64,000 nt of DNA from Monocercomonoides exilis PA203 (GCA_001643675.2 LSRY02000035.1:434001-498000); one strand, 5' to 3'. Shown: positions 1-13,062, counted from the first letter of the stretch. Numbers and translations are program-made. Notes: generated by a model not told the origin, from the sequence alone.

Positions 1-170
1 TGTTTGATTGACAAAGCTTGACGCCAATGAATTCGATTCAATTTGACAGAGATATTTGTATGTTTATTTTTGAAAAGGTGAATTGGATAATAAATCAAAT
101 ATCTCTCTTATTATAACAACAAATATTTTGTTTTTCTTATTAAAGAAAGAATTATATGATAGATCAATAA

Positions 171-3100
171 ATGATAAATCTTCTGTCTGCGCTGCAATTA
201 ATTGCGTGCTTAGTGTTAGGGGTAGAAGCTGAAAAAGATGAAGGCTTTGTGCTGAATGAGGTGCAAACAATTTTTGTTTCGCATTTTGGAGATAATTCGA
301 GAAATGATTGCGGAACAAATATGGCGCCGTGCCAAACAATTGAACATGCACTTACGTTGCTGAATAAGGACATTGATGCAAAATTGATAAGGGTTATGGA
401 CGAACTTGAAATACAAGCTGGGAGCAAATGGAATAAAGAGTTTCTGCTTGAAATTGGAAGTTCATCTCCTCAGGGCATAAGCCGAACGCTGAAAGTTGAT
501 ATAAGCTCATCAGTGCAAAAGGGAATTTCACATGTTGTTTGTGAAATGGAGATGCAACTGCGTTGCTTGGATTTTTGTTTGACTCAAACAAATCAGAACC
601 CAACAGATATATCTGGGGGCACCTTCGAAAACACCAGAGAAGGGCATGCACTGCATCAACAAGATGCACCTGCAGTCATTTTACTCGATTCAGAAAACGG
701 AAACCTTCAGCTTGCTCATTGCACGATATCCACTTTGAAGCATTTGCTTGAGCCTTTTGAATTTTCATTTTTGAGCGCAAAAAGCGGAAAACTTTCGATT
801 GCAGATCTGGACATAAACGACGTTTGTAAGTTCAAGGCAAAAGTTTCTCCATTTATTGTTTCAGAAAAAGTCAATATTGTCAATCTGGACGAGCTGAAAG
901 TCGAACATTTTATTCTGGAGAAATGCTCTGTTTTTGAGCATCCGAAAAGCCTTAAGCTGAAAAACACTCATATTAATTATTGTGAAAGAAAGAACGAAAA
1001 TGTTGCATGCATGGATTGTTCGAGCAGTGCAGAAGATGTTGTCAATTTGGAGTTCACAAACTGTTTTTTTCAGTATTGCACTTCAGAAGATTCAATGGTC
1101 GGAGGCGCCCTTTCGGTTGGCATGGAAAATCCAAACAGCATTTTGGAAATGATGGGATGCTCCTTTCAAAGCTGCAAAGGTTTATGTGGAGCTGGTCTCT
1201 ATTTGAGTATTATTAAAGGAACAGTAACAATTTCGCAAACAAGTTTTTCATGTGAAGCGACAGTCGGAGGTGGCGGGATGTACGTGAAGGATGCGAATTT
1301 GATGAAAAGTTTAACTCTTATGGAAGTTTTATTTAATGACTGCAGCGCAGAAAATGGAGGAGGAGCGTGGATTGGCGTTGGCGGAGATGAAATAAAAACG
1401 AGCTGTTGGTTTCAAAATTGCCTTTTTTCAGGAAACAAGGTCTTGGAAAGTGGAGCAGATTTGTTTGTCTCGGAAGGCGGAACAAAATCGATTGACAAGA
1501 CTATTATTGACGAGAAAACGTTCTCGACTTCGGAAAGCAAAAGAGTTTGCATTCAAAATGCTACAAGTGGTGATATCCAGGAAAGAGATGATTTGCTGGG
1601 TGAAGGATCGTTGACTTATTACTTAAACGTTGACACAGGAAAAGACGATCCTGAATGCGGATTGGGAAAAGAGACGCCTTGCTTTTCGATGAGCGCAACG
1701 ATTAAGAGAATTGAAGTGAAATGGCAAACAAGCGTAATTGCAGATGGAGAGGGAATGATGCAGGTCAAAGAGCCAATAAACTTCGATGGCGATAAAGCAA
1801 TAGTTGTGGGAAGGAATTCGAAGAAATTGAATGTGAACGTTGCGTTGACAAAGGGACTTGTGGCAAATGGAGATGGAGCAATAAATGTTAGAAATAAGGC
1901 ATCAGTGTATCTGAGTTTATGGGACATAAATATAGATACAACGATTGAAACAACCAAGACTTCACCATTTGTTGTTTCCAGCGATTCTGCCTGGGCCTTT
2001 AGCATAAGCTCATCTATCATCTGTCCAAGCGATGCGAAAGGAATTTTGAATTGTGCTTTGTTTGAGATCCACGGGGGACGGTTTGAGCTGAATAAAATTG
2101 AAATGCACAATTTCTCATCAACCAGAGCATTGCTTCATGGAGAAGGAGAAACGCTTAAGATAATGTTGAATAAACTGAACCATCTCGAAACAACAAGCGC
2201 CACTGAGTCTGCTTTCACATTTTGTGGAGAATGGAAAGAAATTTTGCTTATGTCAAACAACTACACTGAATGCACTTCGCCGAATCACAAGAAGGGAGGA
2301 GCCATCTACATTAAATATTCTCGAGCTAATGCACATGTGCAAATCAGTGATGAAAGATTTGAAAGTTGCTCATGCACTGAAGGCGATGGAACTGGAGATG
2401 GATCGCTTGGGGGAGCTGTGTTCATTGAAGCAATAGACGAGGTTGTTGATGACTTGAATATTTATTTATCACAATCAACTTTCACAAAATGTGTTTCAGA
2501 TGTTGGCAAATGGATTTTTATATCGTGCCCAAAAGGAGTTACACAATTAACTGATGATTGCTTTGAATTTTCCTTGAATAAATTGTATGGGAAAGAGAAT
2601 TTAATGATTGTTGAAGAGAGGCAGAACAAAGAGACGGTTAATGGAAGAAAGAGTCCGAGCAATGCAGATCGCGTTGATCTTCTGATGCCAGGAGAGCATC
2701 AACTTATCTACAAAAGCACAACGCTTTATGTTGGAGGAGAAGGATCCGTTGACTCAAGAGATTGTGGAAGAAAAGAGAAGCCGTGCCAAACAATTGAATG
2801 CACAGAAGACCATGCTATTTTTGGAAAGACGAATTCCTTTTTGGTCAGTGGAATGCACACTTTGAAGAGGTCGATCATTCCTGCCGATTACACTGCTTTC
2901 GATATTGGTTCTAAGAGCAAAGATGCTGCTACGCTTGTTATTCCGCAGGCTCTTGAACTTTATTGCGACGATGTTGCTGTGATTTATTGCATTAAGCAGT
3001 TGATTTCGTTGTACACATTGTCGATAGAGTATCCACTGCATTTTGAACACCGCCCAGTTGATATTATTTTGATCGAGGGAGATTGTCAACTCATTTCAAT

Positions 3101-4313
3101 AACTTTGAAGCCATCTGAAGAGGAGCTAGAAGCTTATAGCAACCAATTTTCTGTGCCTTTTCTGGACTTTAAGCTGATTGTTGCTCGGAAAGGATCATTG
3201 ATAATGACAAATGTTGTCGTTATTGGTACAATAAGTGAAAAAGCAGCCTCTAGTGCAATTGCTTCTCTTGATCCAACATTGAATTATCATCAACAGGAAT
3301 ACGGAAAAGATGGAATTGCAGTTAACTTCAGAAAAGAGCTGGAAGATGATGCCTCTGTTTGCGAATGGGGCAGCTGCCTTGTTTCGATTCGAACTCGGCG
3401 CGGACCGAGTGTTCCTTGTATTGAAAATTGCGTATTCAAGAATATAAAAGAAGGAGCGTTGCTAATTACAGACTCAGTTTTGGAGATGGAAAACAACACC
3501 TTTGAAAATAACCGACCAGACCCGTCGAGCAAAGCATTTCCTCATCTGAGGCACAACATCCACTGCGAAAAGGGAGACATTTGCCGAATCACAATCAAGT
3601 CATTGAACGAGACAAGCGATGGCTCAACTGATGTTCCATTTGGCTTTTGGAACAAGGAGTGCGATGTGAATGGAGAAGCAGTGAAAAGCATGACAGGGCT
3701 GTTTTACACGCCTGAGCTGAAAGAAGCAGCAATTGAAAAGCCTTCGAAGGCTCATCCAGCAAATGACAATCAAATGGATATTCTCAATAAATACTGGTTA
3801 GATGCGAAAAGCGAAGAAAGCAAGGTGATTATCAATGTGAAAGGAGAATATCTTATTCCGTGTGGCTTGAGGTTTGAAATTGGGAAAAAAGAAGGAAAAG
3901 GCCAGTTGCAATGGGCTGAGGTGCCAATCTCAGAATTTTTGAACGAGTCATTCCTGAAAGTGAAGATTGAGAAGTCTTTTTTGGATGCAAAGGATGCTGA
4001 AACCATTGAAGTTCGCTTGCGCTATCCAAACGGATTGAAAAATGGAGTGGATGCAACAGCCAGTGTGATTCTGAAGCAAGTTAAAAAGGAAGATGATCCA
4101 GAAAAGGAAACACCTCCACAGCAACCAATCATAACAATTATAATTGTTGCCTCGTGTTGCGGAGGAGCAGCTGTTATTGCAGCAGTCGTAGTTGTGCTTG
4201 CTGTGTGTGTGGTTCGCCAAAAGCGGAGAGGATATGCCAGGTTAAGCAAGAGCGAGGAGAAGAAAGACATAAATTCTCGCCCTTTGAGCTCCTATTCTCA
4301 GACAAGTTGGTGA
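171..4313 (+). CDS. Large Cys-rich type I membrane surface protein (GGA-repeat, pectin-lyase/Pmp-like beta-helix ectodomain), 1380 aa, intronless
   Basis: Uninterrupted ORF. Hydrophobic N-terminal signal (MINLLSALQLIACLVLG). Repeated GGAL/GGAI/GGGM/GGAV motifs with FxxCxx segments, and three D-x-x-x-CG-x4-PC modules (NDCGTNMAPC, PECGLGKETPC, RDCGRKEKPC). One C-terminal TM helix followed by RQKRRGYARL. Confidence 0.85.
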   Translation: MINLLSALQLIACLVLGVEAEKDEGFVLNEVQTIFVSHFGDNSRNDCGTNMAPCQTIEHALTLLNKDIDAKLIRVMDELEIQAGSKWNKEFLLEIGSSSPQGISRTLKVDISSSVQKGISHVVCEMEMQLRCLDFCLTQTNQNPTDISGGTFENTREGHALHQQDAPAVILLDSENGNLQLAHCTISTLKHLLEPFEFSFLSAKSGKLSIADLDINDVCKFKAKVSPFIVSEKVNIVNLDELKVEHFILEKCSVFEHPKSLKLKNTHINYCERKNENVACMDCSSSAEDVVNLEFTNCFFQYCTSEDSMVGGALSVGMENPNSILEMMGCSFQSCKGLCGAGLYLSIIKGTVTISQTSFSCEATVGGGGMYVKDANLMKSLTLMEVLFNDCSAENGGGAWIGVGGDEIKTSCWFQNCLFSGNKVLESGADLFVSEGGTKSIDKTIIDEKTFSTSESKRVCIQNATSGDIQERDDLLGEGSLTYYLNVDTGKDDPECGLGKETPCFSMSATIKRIEVKWQTSVIADGEGMMQVKEPINFDGDKAIVVGRNSKKLNVNVALTKGLVANGDGAINVRNKASVYLSLWDINIDTTIETTKTSPFVVSSDSAWAFSISSSIICPSDAKGILNCALFEIHGGRFELNKIEMHNFSSTRALLHGEGETLKIMLNKLNHLETTSATESAFTFCGEWKEILLMSNNYTECTSPNHKKGGAIYIKYSRANAHVQISDERFESCSCTEGDGTGDGSLGGAVFIEAIDEVVDDLNIYLSQSTFTKCVSDVGKWIFISCPKGVTQLTDDCFEFSLNKLYGKENLMIVEERQNKETVNGRKSPSNADRVDLLMPGEHQLIYKSTTLYVGGEGSVDSRDCGRKEKPCQTIECTEDHAIFGKTNSFLVSGMHTLKRSIIPADYTAFDIGSKSKDAATLVIPQALELYCDDVAVIYCIKQLISLYTLSIEYPLHFEHRPVDIILIEGDCQLISITLKPSEEELEAYSNQFSVPFLDFKLIVARKGSLIMTNVVVIGTISEKAASSAIASLDPTLNYHQQEYGKDGIAVNFRKELEDDASVCEWGSCLVSIRTRRGPSVPCIENCVFKNIKEGALLITDSVLEMENNTFENNRPDPSSKAFPHLRHNIHCEKGDICRITIKSLNETSDGSTDVPFGFWNKECDVNGEAVKSMTGLFYTPELKEAAIEKPSKAHPANDNQMDILNKYWLDAKSEESKVIINVKGEYLIPCGLRFEIGKKEGKGQLQWAEVPISEFLNESFLKVKIEKSFLDAKDAETIEVRLRYPNGLKNGVDATASVILKQVKKEDDPEKETPPQQPIITIIIVASCCGGAAVIAAVVVVLAVCVVRQKRRGYARLSKSEEKKDINSRPLSSYSQTSW

Positions 4314-6606
4314 ATTGATCCTGGAATGTTCTATTTGTGAAAGTGTTTAATGGATTTTGTGTTTTTGCATATTATTAGATGTTTTTATCTTTTTATCATT
4401 TGTTATTTCAAAATACTTATTTGTGTTTAGTATAGCTGTTATGGAGAATTTATTTTTCTATTCTTTTTTTTTTTTAGATAAAAATATATTTTGTTAATCT
4501 TTTGTTGCAAATAGAAAGAACATATTTTGATGTATTTGTATTTCACTTTTAATTGAGAATTTACAAACTTTAACTTTTTTTTTATTTATTACAAGCGAAA
4601 GAGAAAAAAATTAGGTTTCATTTTTTCTCATGTTATTTTATCGTTTTAATTTTTGTAATTGATGACAGCCCTTATTTGGCTGAAAATTAAGAGAAATAAA
4701 TTTTAATTTCGTTGGAATTGTTCAATAAATTGAATTTTGAAACAACACTTCTTTATTTATTTGAGTGACTTTTATCTCGAAAAAAAAAAAGAAACCAAAT
4801 CAAAGATGTGAGTTTTCAGTAAATAGCATCCTGAAATGAAGAATAAGAAATTTGGCTTGATGTTACACAAAAATAAAGAAAAAGAAAATATTTCTTTCTG
4901 TTCTGGTTGAGCTCTGCTTTTGAGCTATGCCTCCACACGAGAACAGAGGATCGCCTGCCTTCAACGAGGCTGCTGAAGAAGAAAGGCGCAATGAGGAGAA
5001 TAAGAAGAAGTATTAGAAGCAGAATCAAAAACAGAAGAAGAGCAAGTTGAAGATACAACATTAAGCAGAGCAATTTTTGAAAATTAATCACAATCAATCA
5101 AAAACTGTAAATTGATAGCTCCAAACAAAATAAAGATGAAAATGCATCGTCTCATTTGATGTAATTCCCCTTGAAGCATTCCAGAGAGGTTTCATTTCTG
5201 CTTCTTTATGTGTTTCTTTCAGTCTTTCTTATCTCTTCAGAGGCTCTATCTTTGCATTTTTTGCCTCTCTTCATCTTCCAATGAACTGCAATGCAAGCAA
5301 TCCAGGCTCCCAGCGCTGCCCTCATTTTATGTCCCAATCATTCCTCGTTTCGATTGGACAGAAAAAAAAGCAGGAACAAACTGAGTGCATTCGAAGATAC
5401 CGTTTAAAATATTCATTTGTAGAGACACTTCTTTCTTTTCCCCTTTCTCCTTTTTCCTAAATCGAATGAAGCGTACTCAATAGCTTCGGCTGCCGTGCGT
5501 ATTCTCCACGAACAGTTCTGCAACTTGGCGATCCATCGCACACTTGCGAAGCTGAAATCCGCAAAGTTCATGAGCTGTGATTCGTTTCTCTCAACTTCAG
5601 CTTCCGCCTTTCTTCTGCTTCATGACCAAATCCACAATGACGGAAGCAGAAAGATCTGCTTCACAGATTCCCCCTAACTTCATCTTTCTTCCTGCTTTTC
5701 CCTCTATAAGAAGCTAACTTTATCTTCAATTTTCATTGGCAACCTTCGGAGGTGATAAAATTCGCTGTGAATGACTTTCACTACTTTTTCTTTGAGCTCT
5801 GCTTTCTGCACAAACCAATCTTCGTTGCTTACCATCTTCCATTTAATCGTTCCATTGATGACCGTTTCATATGAGCTTTCAGTTTGATCATATTTTTCAG
5901 TTCCATTGTTGGAGAAGCTGTGTTATTGAGTATTCACAACCAATTTATATATCAAATTTAGATGAGGAGAATTCGAGGCCCCCAAATCGACTTGTCCGCA
6001 AATCATAGTTCTTCTATTCCGTATTCTTTTCGGACGAAGTTCACTCGATAAGTTTTATTTTTCATTTTTAATAATCGCATTTTAAATTCTTTTGCTTGAG
6101 AGAATATCACAAACAATTCATAAACACCTTCAAATTAAAAAAAAAAATGAAAATAAATGCAAACCTCCAAAATCTTGCTCCCCCACAGAAATGACTGAAT
6201 CATCTCTAGCAAAGGACTTTTGTTTTCATCAAAAAACAGTCTGTTTTGCCCTTTCCATTTCCTGATAAAAATTTTCATTGGAAACAATGGCCTCATACCT
6301 AAAGTACAGAAAAATAATCAGGGGTTGTTTCCTCAGAATTTGCTCACAAACAACATCTGAATTTGGGTTTTTTCTTATGAGATTGATCACTTAACGGAGC
6401 AAAAGGATTTTCTTGATCTTTCAAGTAAGACTAATCGAACGGTCTGTATCCGAGATTTTTCTTGTAGCAGCAAATATTTGTCAAGTTAATCCGTTTGTTT
6501 TATCATTGCATTTGCAGTATTTGTTTGAAAAACAAAAATGTTTGTATAATTCGATTATCTCATTTATATGTTGAATTTCATTGCTTTCCATAGACCATTG
6601 TATATA

Positions 6607-8064
6607 ATGAAGATAACAAGTGAAGCTGATTATGAAATTCAAAAACAATTCCGAAGAGGAAAGTTTTCAAGTTTGTTTTGTCTGTCTTGTTTGTTTTTTA
6701 AGAAATATTTGGTTCGGAAATTCATTAATTTGCAGGATTGCTTTCTGAGCTGGGAAATTTCGCTGGCGATGAGCAAAAGCAAAAAATAGACGAGATGATT
6801 GAAATTTTAAACGAAATGAATGGATTAGAATTGATTTATTTTTTGACAGAAAAAGAATTTAACGAAATCAGCAAAATGATCGGAAAAAATAAATTAACAT
6901 TGACAAATGCTTTTACGCTGTTAAGTCACATTGGACACTGTAGAATAGAGTTTTCAGTATCATTCTCAAGATTTTGTGATTCTTTGTTGGCAAAAAGATT
7001 TGAGAACATGATTGAAACAGAAGCGATGAAGAGGGAGAGGGATGAAAACCTGCTGATTGATCTTTGCAAATGCTATATACTCCTGCGAAGAGAGAAAGAC
7101 AGCGTTTCAATTGAGTTACGTCTGATTATCATTCCTTTTCTTATGAATGTTGTATTGAGGAAAATAAAAAGCAAAGAAGCGCAAAGAGAAATCGAAATAA
7201 TTCTGACTGCTTTGAGCACAATGGAAGAGAAACAGGTGTGAAAGCTTTTATTTATGTGTTGATGAAAAGTTGTGTTTTGTTTTGTATTTCAATCATTGAC
7301 AGAATGCAATAACAGATCTGTGTGTGAATGAGATGGTGGAAGTGATCAAATATCATCAACAGCATCGAAATCTGACTCGACTAGCGCACCAATCAGCTTG
7401 GATTTATCTGGTTAATCATTTTGAACCAGGCGGGATATTGGAAAGAACTTGCATGAATGAGCTGCATATTGCGAGAGAAGTTGCAATGGAACTGGAAGAG
7501 CTGACGAAATGTGTGGACTGGAAGAAGAAAAAAGCAAAGTGGGAAGCGCAGAAGGAAGCGTGGATGATAAAGAGATGGATAAATACAGTCAAAGACAAAT
7601 TTGGGTTTTTGGACTTTGAATTGCGTAATGTTGAAAGGATCGAACTTTATCGCTGGATTTCGAGAACTTGCAAATTGGCAGGAAAGAATGAAAGAGAAAT
7701 ATCAAAAGATTGCATCAAACTTTTTGAATCAAAAACAGCAGGCACAAACACGAGCATTGATTTCTTGCTGAAAAGCGAAATAGTTGAGGCAGTTTTTGAG
7801 ACACTTCTGCTGTCAACATTGGATGAAGAAGAGGCAGAAAGCTGTTTGCATTTCTTTGTGACTCTTTCAGATGGATTGAGAGAGAAAAGCGATTATGAGA
7901 CAGTCGAAGCGAAAAGAAAAGCTATTAAAAGAAAAGCATTCGACATATTGGAAGAACGAGGATTCGAAGAATGCATTACGAGCTTTAAAGAAAACTTGTA
8001 TTATACCAGAATCCATTGGAACATTATGTCTGGGGAAACATCAAAATTTTTTGTGTTTTTGTGA
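6607..8064 (+). CDS. Lineage-specific 3-exon helical protein family ('YHQEHxNLTQLAYQSAW'), copy A
   Basis: Exons 6607-6670, 6736-7235, 7303-8064. Introns GTTTGT..TGCAG (phase 1) and GTGTGA..GACAG (phase 0) join the ORF-track pieces in frame. Motif IKYHQQHRNLTRLAHQSAW is shared with the other copies. Confidence 0.8.
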
Positions 8065-8523
8065 GCGAAATGACATTTTCTGCTTTGTCTTTTGAAATAC
8101 TTTGTTTTTTTCAGAACTGTTGAGAACAAAGCGTATTGAATTTTGTTTTGTTGTTAGCAAAGGTTCTCTTCTTGTTGAGAGAGAGAGAAAAGAATTAGTT
8201 TTTATTTTTTTAATTAATTTTTCCTTCCCAATTGAATAATTCATTTGCTTCTTGTTGAAGTCACTTCACTTCACCAAATTGTTGTGGGCTCTATGCAAAA
8301 TCTTTTGTTGAGGAGTTTTGAGTTTTCTTCAAACACTTAAAGCCTTTTAATAGCCATATTTGTGAACCAAGACAAAAAACTTTCTTTTTGAAAACAATAA
8401 TTCATCAATAAAGAAGAATTTTCAATTAAAATTTGTTTATAACTGAAAGAGAAACTTGTGAAAATATGAAAAGTTGAAAAATAAGAAAGAATGCGGATGA
8501 AAAATGAAGAGCTTTTCATTTGA

Positions 8524-9984
8524 TTAAACATTCACAAAATAATCAGAAATACACAGCGATAATACACCAAAACGGTCTCTGTTAAGAAAGTCAAATCTTT
8601 CATGAAAGCAAATGATGATATCTTCATATCCTTCTTCTTCAATCTTTTCAAATGCCTTCCTTTTCGATCCTTTTCTTTTCGCTTCTTCCATTTCATCCTC
8701 CTCCTCTTCTTTCAATTTCTTTGAAATCTTCACAAAAAACTCTAAGCTTTCATATGTCACAAAGTCATTCAATGTTGGTCGACAAATCTCTTCTAAGATG
8801 AGACTGACAGCTCCTCTTTTCAGCAAGTCTTCAACTTTCACATTTTTGTTAATCACAGAATAACTAAATGATTCAACGCATTGGCTGCAAATGTCTCTGT
8901 AATTATCCTTTGCTGATCGAAATGCCAGCACAATGCTTTTAACAAGCACAGAATACTCTTCATTCCGTAATCTACTGAAGAAAAGGAATTTTCCCAAATT
9001 TTGGAGCCATTTCGATAATATAATCTCTTCTTTGCCTTCTTTTCCTCTCTCTTCTTTCTCTCTCTTCCAATACACATATTTCATCAGCTCTTCCATTTCT
9101 CTTCTCGCCTCTCTCACAAAATGCAGATCATTCACGATGACTTCTTCCAAATTTTCATCATTAAACAATCTGTTAGTCAAAAAACCCCAAGCAGACTGAT
9201 ACGCAAGTTGAGTCAGATTCCTATGCTCTTGATGATAAATGATGATCTCTTTGATTTCATCCAAGAAAAGTTCTCTTTCAACGTTCTTATCAGAAAAGAA
9301 GAAAAAATCAATAATATCAAATAATAAATAAATAAATAAATAAATAGCAACATTCAAACATAATACTCAATATCACTCAAAGTCAGCAAAGCCATTTCCA
9401 CTTCTTTTTGAACTTCCTCGCTTTCCTCTTTCTTCAATGCAACTTTCAGAAGACACTGCATACAGATTGTAAGCAATTCCGTCCAGCAGTTGTTTCTGAG
9501 TGAAAGATAGCACAAACAAAGATCAGCATAAAGCATTTCGTTCTTTCCAACTTTTTTTTCATTTTCGTCAGAAATCATCTTTTCAAATCTTTTGTTCAAT
9601 GAAGATAAGGGAAAGACTTGAAACAACCCTTTTTTCATCAAACAACAATATCCAACGCGCTTCAGCAGCGCAATGACATTTTCAACAGACAATTTCTTTT
9701 CTTCAATCATTTTGTTGATTTTGTTGTACAATTCTTTTGTGAAAACTGATTTGAATTCTTCTTCTTCCATTTCATCAATTATTTCATTCATTTCTTCAAT
9801 TTTCTGTTTTTGTTCATCCTCATTGCTGTTTTCCAGCTCATGGAACAATTCTGCAAAAGACATACAAATATTAAAACCCATCCTTCATTATTCAATCCAA
9901 ATAAAAGAGCAAACTTGAAAACTTTTCGGTTTGAGTCACTGCCAGAATTCTTGAATCAGGTTCATCATCATAACGCAGACTCAT
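8524..9984 (-). CDS. Same family, copy B
   Basis: Exons 9984-9915, 9850-9360, 9285-8524; introns 9914-9851 (phase 1) and 9359-9286 (phase 0). Motifs IYHQEHRNLTQLAYQSAW and FEKIEEEGYED. Confidence 0.8.
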
Positions 9985-10499
9985 TCTGTTTGTTGCAAAG
10001 AATATTCAAAATAAAGGGTAAAGCTTGGCAAGCAAGAATACAAAAGGATAATACAAACATCGTTGAAAATCAAGAAAAAATAAAGCAGAAAGGAGTTTCG
10101 ACACAAGTGCTTTTGCCTGAAAAAATTGAATCAAATAGAGAACGCAACGAAATGTCTTGGATTGGCTGTTTAAGCAAGAAAAGTGAATCTTTTGATTCTA
10201 TTTGATCAAACCAACAAAAAATTGTTTGAATGCGAATTTTTCACAAAATGAAGTGAGAAACTTCTTTTTCCCGAAGACATTGCTTCGAGGCTTTGAAACA
10301 AAATTTATTTTATCATAGGAATGGAAATCTTGTTGAAGAGAATTCGAAAAGAGGAAATGTCAATTCTTGAAGAGAAAGTGTTTTAAGGCTTTTTTGGGAA
10401 GAAGAACATGAATGAAAAGTGAACACATGATACTAGCATTCTTGTCATTTTTCATGAATTGCTAATGTTAGCATGTGATTCAAAATTACTCATAGGATT

Positions 10500-11830
10500 A
10501 CAAAAGATTCAAAGAAATGAGTTTCTGAAAAACAAAATGAATTTGCAGAACAAAATAATATTCCATTCTTTGTATTAGAGCATGTTCAAAAGCAAGCAGA
10601 ATGGCTGAATATTGCAGCAAAATTGTTTCATTGCGAAAATGGTTCATTGGATTTGGAAATGGAGCATTTGAAGAAAAGCAATGATGATCATCTGCAACAG
10701 AAAGATGCAGATCCCCAGATTTCGTTATGCTCCAACATAAAAAGATATTTGCTTGTTTCTTTGTGAGCCATCGAATGCTCAAGATTCCTTTGTCTTCTGC
10801 ATCTTCGTCTTCATCTTCTCTGAGCTCGTTGTCATCACGACTTCTCCTTCGACGGCCGATGTATTTTACAAAGAACACAATTTTCACAGAACTTGGAACA
10901 GATCTTATATTGAATTGATTCAGATTACTCTTCCAGACACGAAAACAGAATGAATTTCCTCTGCTATCTTTCCAGCTCTTTATTTGTTTTCCACCCCTTC
11001 TGTGAATGTTGCAAGTCCAATCTGGTTATTATCATTGTAATTATCATTATTATTAACGCAATCTTCATCATCTTCTTGTACCAATTAATCATCATCACAT
11101 TGCACAATCCCCGCCACACAGCATCACTCGCATCATCTATTTGGAGTTCTTCATGATTAGTGACTGCGTCAGAGATTACGATTGAAGAGAAGAGAAGAAA
11201 AAAAGATGAAATTAATATTTGAAGAAAATCTACACAAAAATGAATGAAATGAAGAAGAACAAAAGAAGGAAAATCAGGAGGAATAAGTTGGAAAGAGTTG
11301 AAGAAAGACATTTTGAGAGAATGAAGAGAAAAGGAAAGAGAAAGAAGAATTCGAGGAGGTGGAATCAGAAAGCCTGTCACTCCCTTCATTCTGATGGGAA
11401 GGAAGTTGAATTATTGCTTTTGTTTTTTCCTTGTAAGTCGCGCCGTTTCTGTTGGTAACTGAAAGATCAAATGATGGTTTGCATTTTTCATTAGTTCATA
11501 TCACAAATTCATCTTCTCCATCTTCCGAATGTTATTTCCTGTCAGCTGAAGCCAAGTGATTTTCGATGCCAAAGATGTTCGGCATGACAGCATATGAATG
11601 TGATGGCATCTCTTCTTGAAACGACTTTGAAAAAGTGTTGAATTATGTTGCTTCACTTCTTTCGAAGGACTTTGCAAACAATCTTTGCATAAACGATTTC
11701 TTGATAAATAATGTCATTTTCGTGGATGAAGCGCACAGCACTGATCTTCCGCATTTTGAGTGAATATTTCCTTTCTTTCTTTCACACGAACTCTCTCATG
11801 CTTTTTTTCTTTAATTCCATTTTGGCTATT
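10500..11830 (-). pseudogene. Degraded gene relic of unknown family
   Basis: Short coding-like fragments (ISDAVTNHEELQIDDASDAVWRGL; DEDAEDKGILSIRWL) in shifting frames, broken by stops. No continuous model; boundaries approximate. Confidence 0.3.
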
Positions 11831-12039
11831 TCATTTTTTCATTTTTTCATTTTCAAAACCTCAAATAATTCGTTGAGCTTTTTCGAATAGTTTTCAAATG
11901 AGAATGAAAAACTAATAAATAAATAAATAAATAAAACACTTCGAATGGGAAAACATCATGTTCTTTTTTGTTTCTTTCCTGAAATACCTCGCAAAAAAGA
12001 ATTCATGTTTTTCTCTTTGTCATTATTTGTTTTCATTTA

Positions 12040-13028
12040 GGGTTACACTTTCACTCTGACCTTTTATTTTTACCCCCACCCTTTTTTTTTGTGGAGCTGG
12101 CTACGGCTTAATACAAGCTTGTAGCCAACAAAAAATAACTAGAAATGTTTATTTTTATATGTTTAACTTTTACAGAAAAAATTTTTTTACGAAAATTTTT
12201 TAACTTTGACATCTCTGTATTTTTTAATTTTATTTTTTGATCATTGAATTGATGGTCTTTCCATGAATATAACATTCTGGAAGTTTTAAGCTACACCTTC
12301 ATTACACCTCATATCCTTTTTATTTCTTTAATAACTTTTCACATTTCACAAGTTTCTTTTTCACCTGTTTTCTCATTTCATCGACTTTTCGATAAAATAC
12401 AATTTTTGATTGTATAAAAGACATTTTTTTAATTTTATAAGCTGTATCTTATTTTTGACTCAATATATTATTGTAAGCTCACAAAATATTTTGCTGAATA
12501 AATGTTACTGGCTGAAAAAATCAAAACAACCGAAAATGATGTTTTTCATTTTTCTATTTAAAATCAAATTTGATAAACTTTTTTGTGATTCCACATGATT
12601 AAAATTTAATAATATATTAAGGATAATCTTAAAAATAATTTCTAAAATTCATCATTCCTTATGAAATTGTATTTTTTCGAAAAGTCGATGAAATGAGAAA
12701 ACAGGTGAAAAAGAAACTTGTGAAATGTGAAAAGTTATTAAAGAAATAAAAAGGATATGAGGTGTAATGAAGGTGTAGCTTAAAACTTCCAGAATGTTAT
12801 ATTCATGGAAAGACCATCAATTCAATGATCAAAAAATAAAATTAAAAAATACCGAGATCTCAAAGTTAAAAAATTTTCATAAAAATATTTTTTCTGCATA
12901 AGTGAAATACATTAAAATAAACGTTTCTAGTTATTTTTCGTTGGCTTCAAGCTTGTATAAAGCCGCAGCCAGCTCCACAAAAAAAAGGGTGGGGGTAAAA
13001 AAAAGGGTCAGAGGTAAAAGTGTAACCC
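12040..13028. mobile_element. Non-autonomous foldback/MITE-like DNA transposon, 989 bp, with ~365-bp terminal inverted repeats and TA flanks
   Basis: 12040-~12405 (GGGTTACACTTT...) is the reverse complement of ~12665-13028 (...AAAGTGTAACCC). TA lies immediately outside both ends. The ~260-bp spacer is AT-rich with no credible ORF. Confidence 0.9.
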
Positions 13029-13062
13029 TATAACTTCAATCATTATCCATTTCTGCGAATTA

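Noticed and set aside
4816-6100. Coding-like sequence here and at ~15900-17200, ~20200-20750, ~37690-37975 and ~60950-61450
   Set aside because: Stops occur in all frames and I recognise no motif. They are probably old gene relics but cannot be supported as features.
12037-12047. TTAGGGTTA / TAACCCTA telomere-like ends of the foldback element
   Set aside because: Only about 1.5 units, partly formed by the TA flank; not enough to call a telomere-bearing element.
12109-12136. GC-rich stem-loop GGCTAC...GTAGCC as a possible tRNA or ncRNA
   Set aside because: No cloverleaf or T-loop; it is part of the TIR and the stem is weaker in the other arm.
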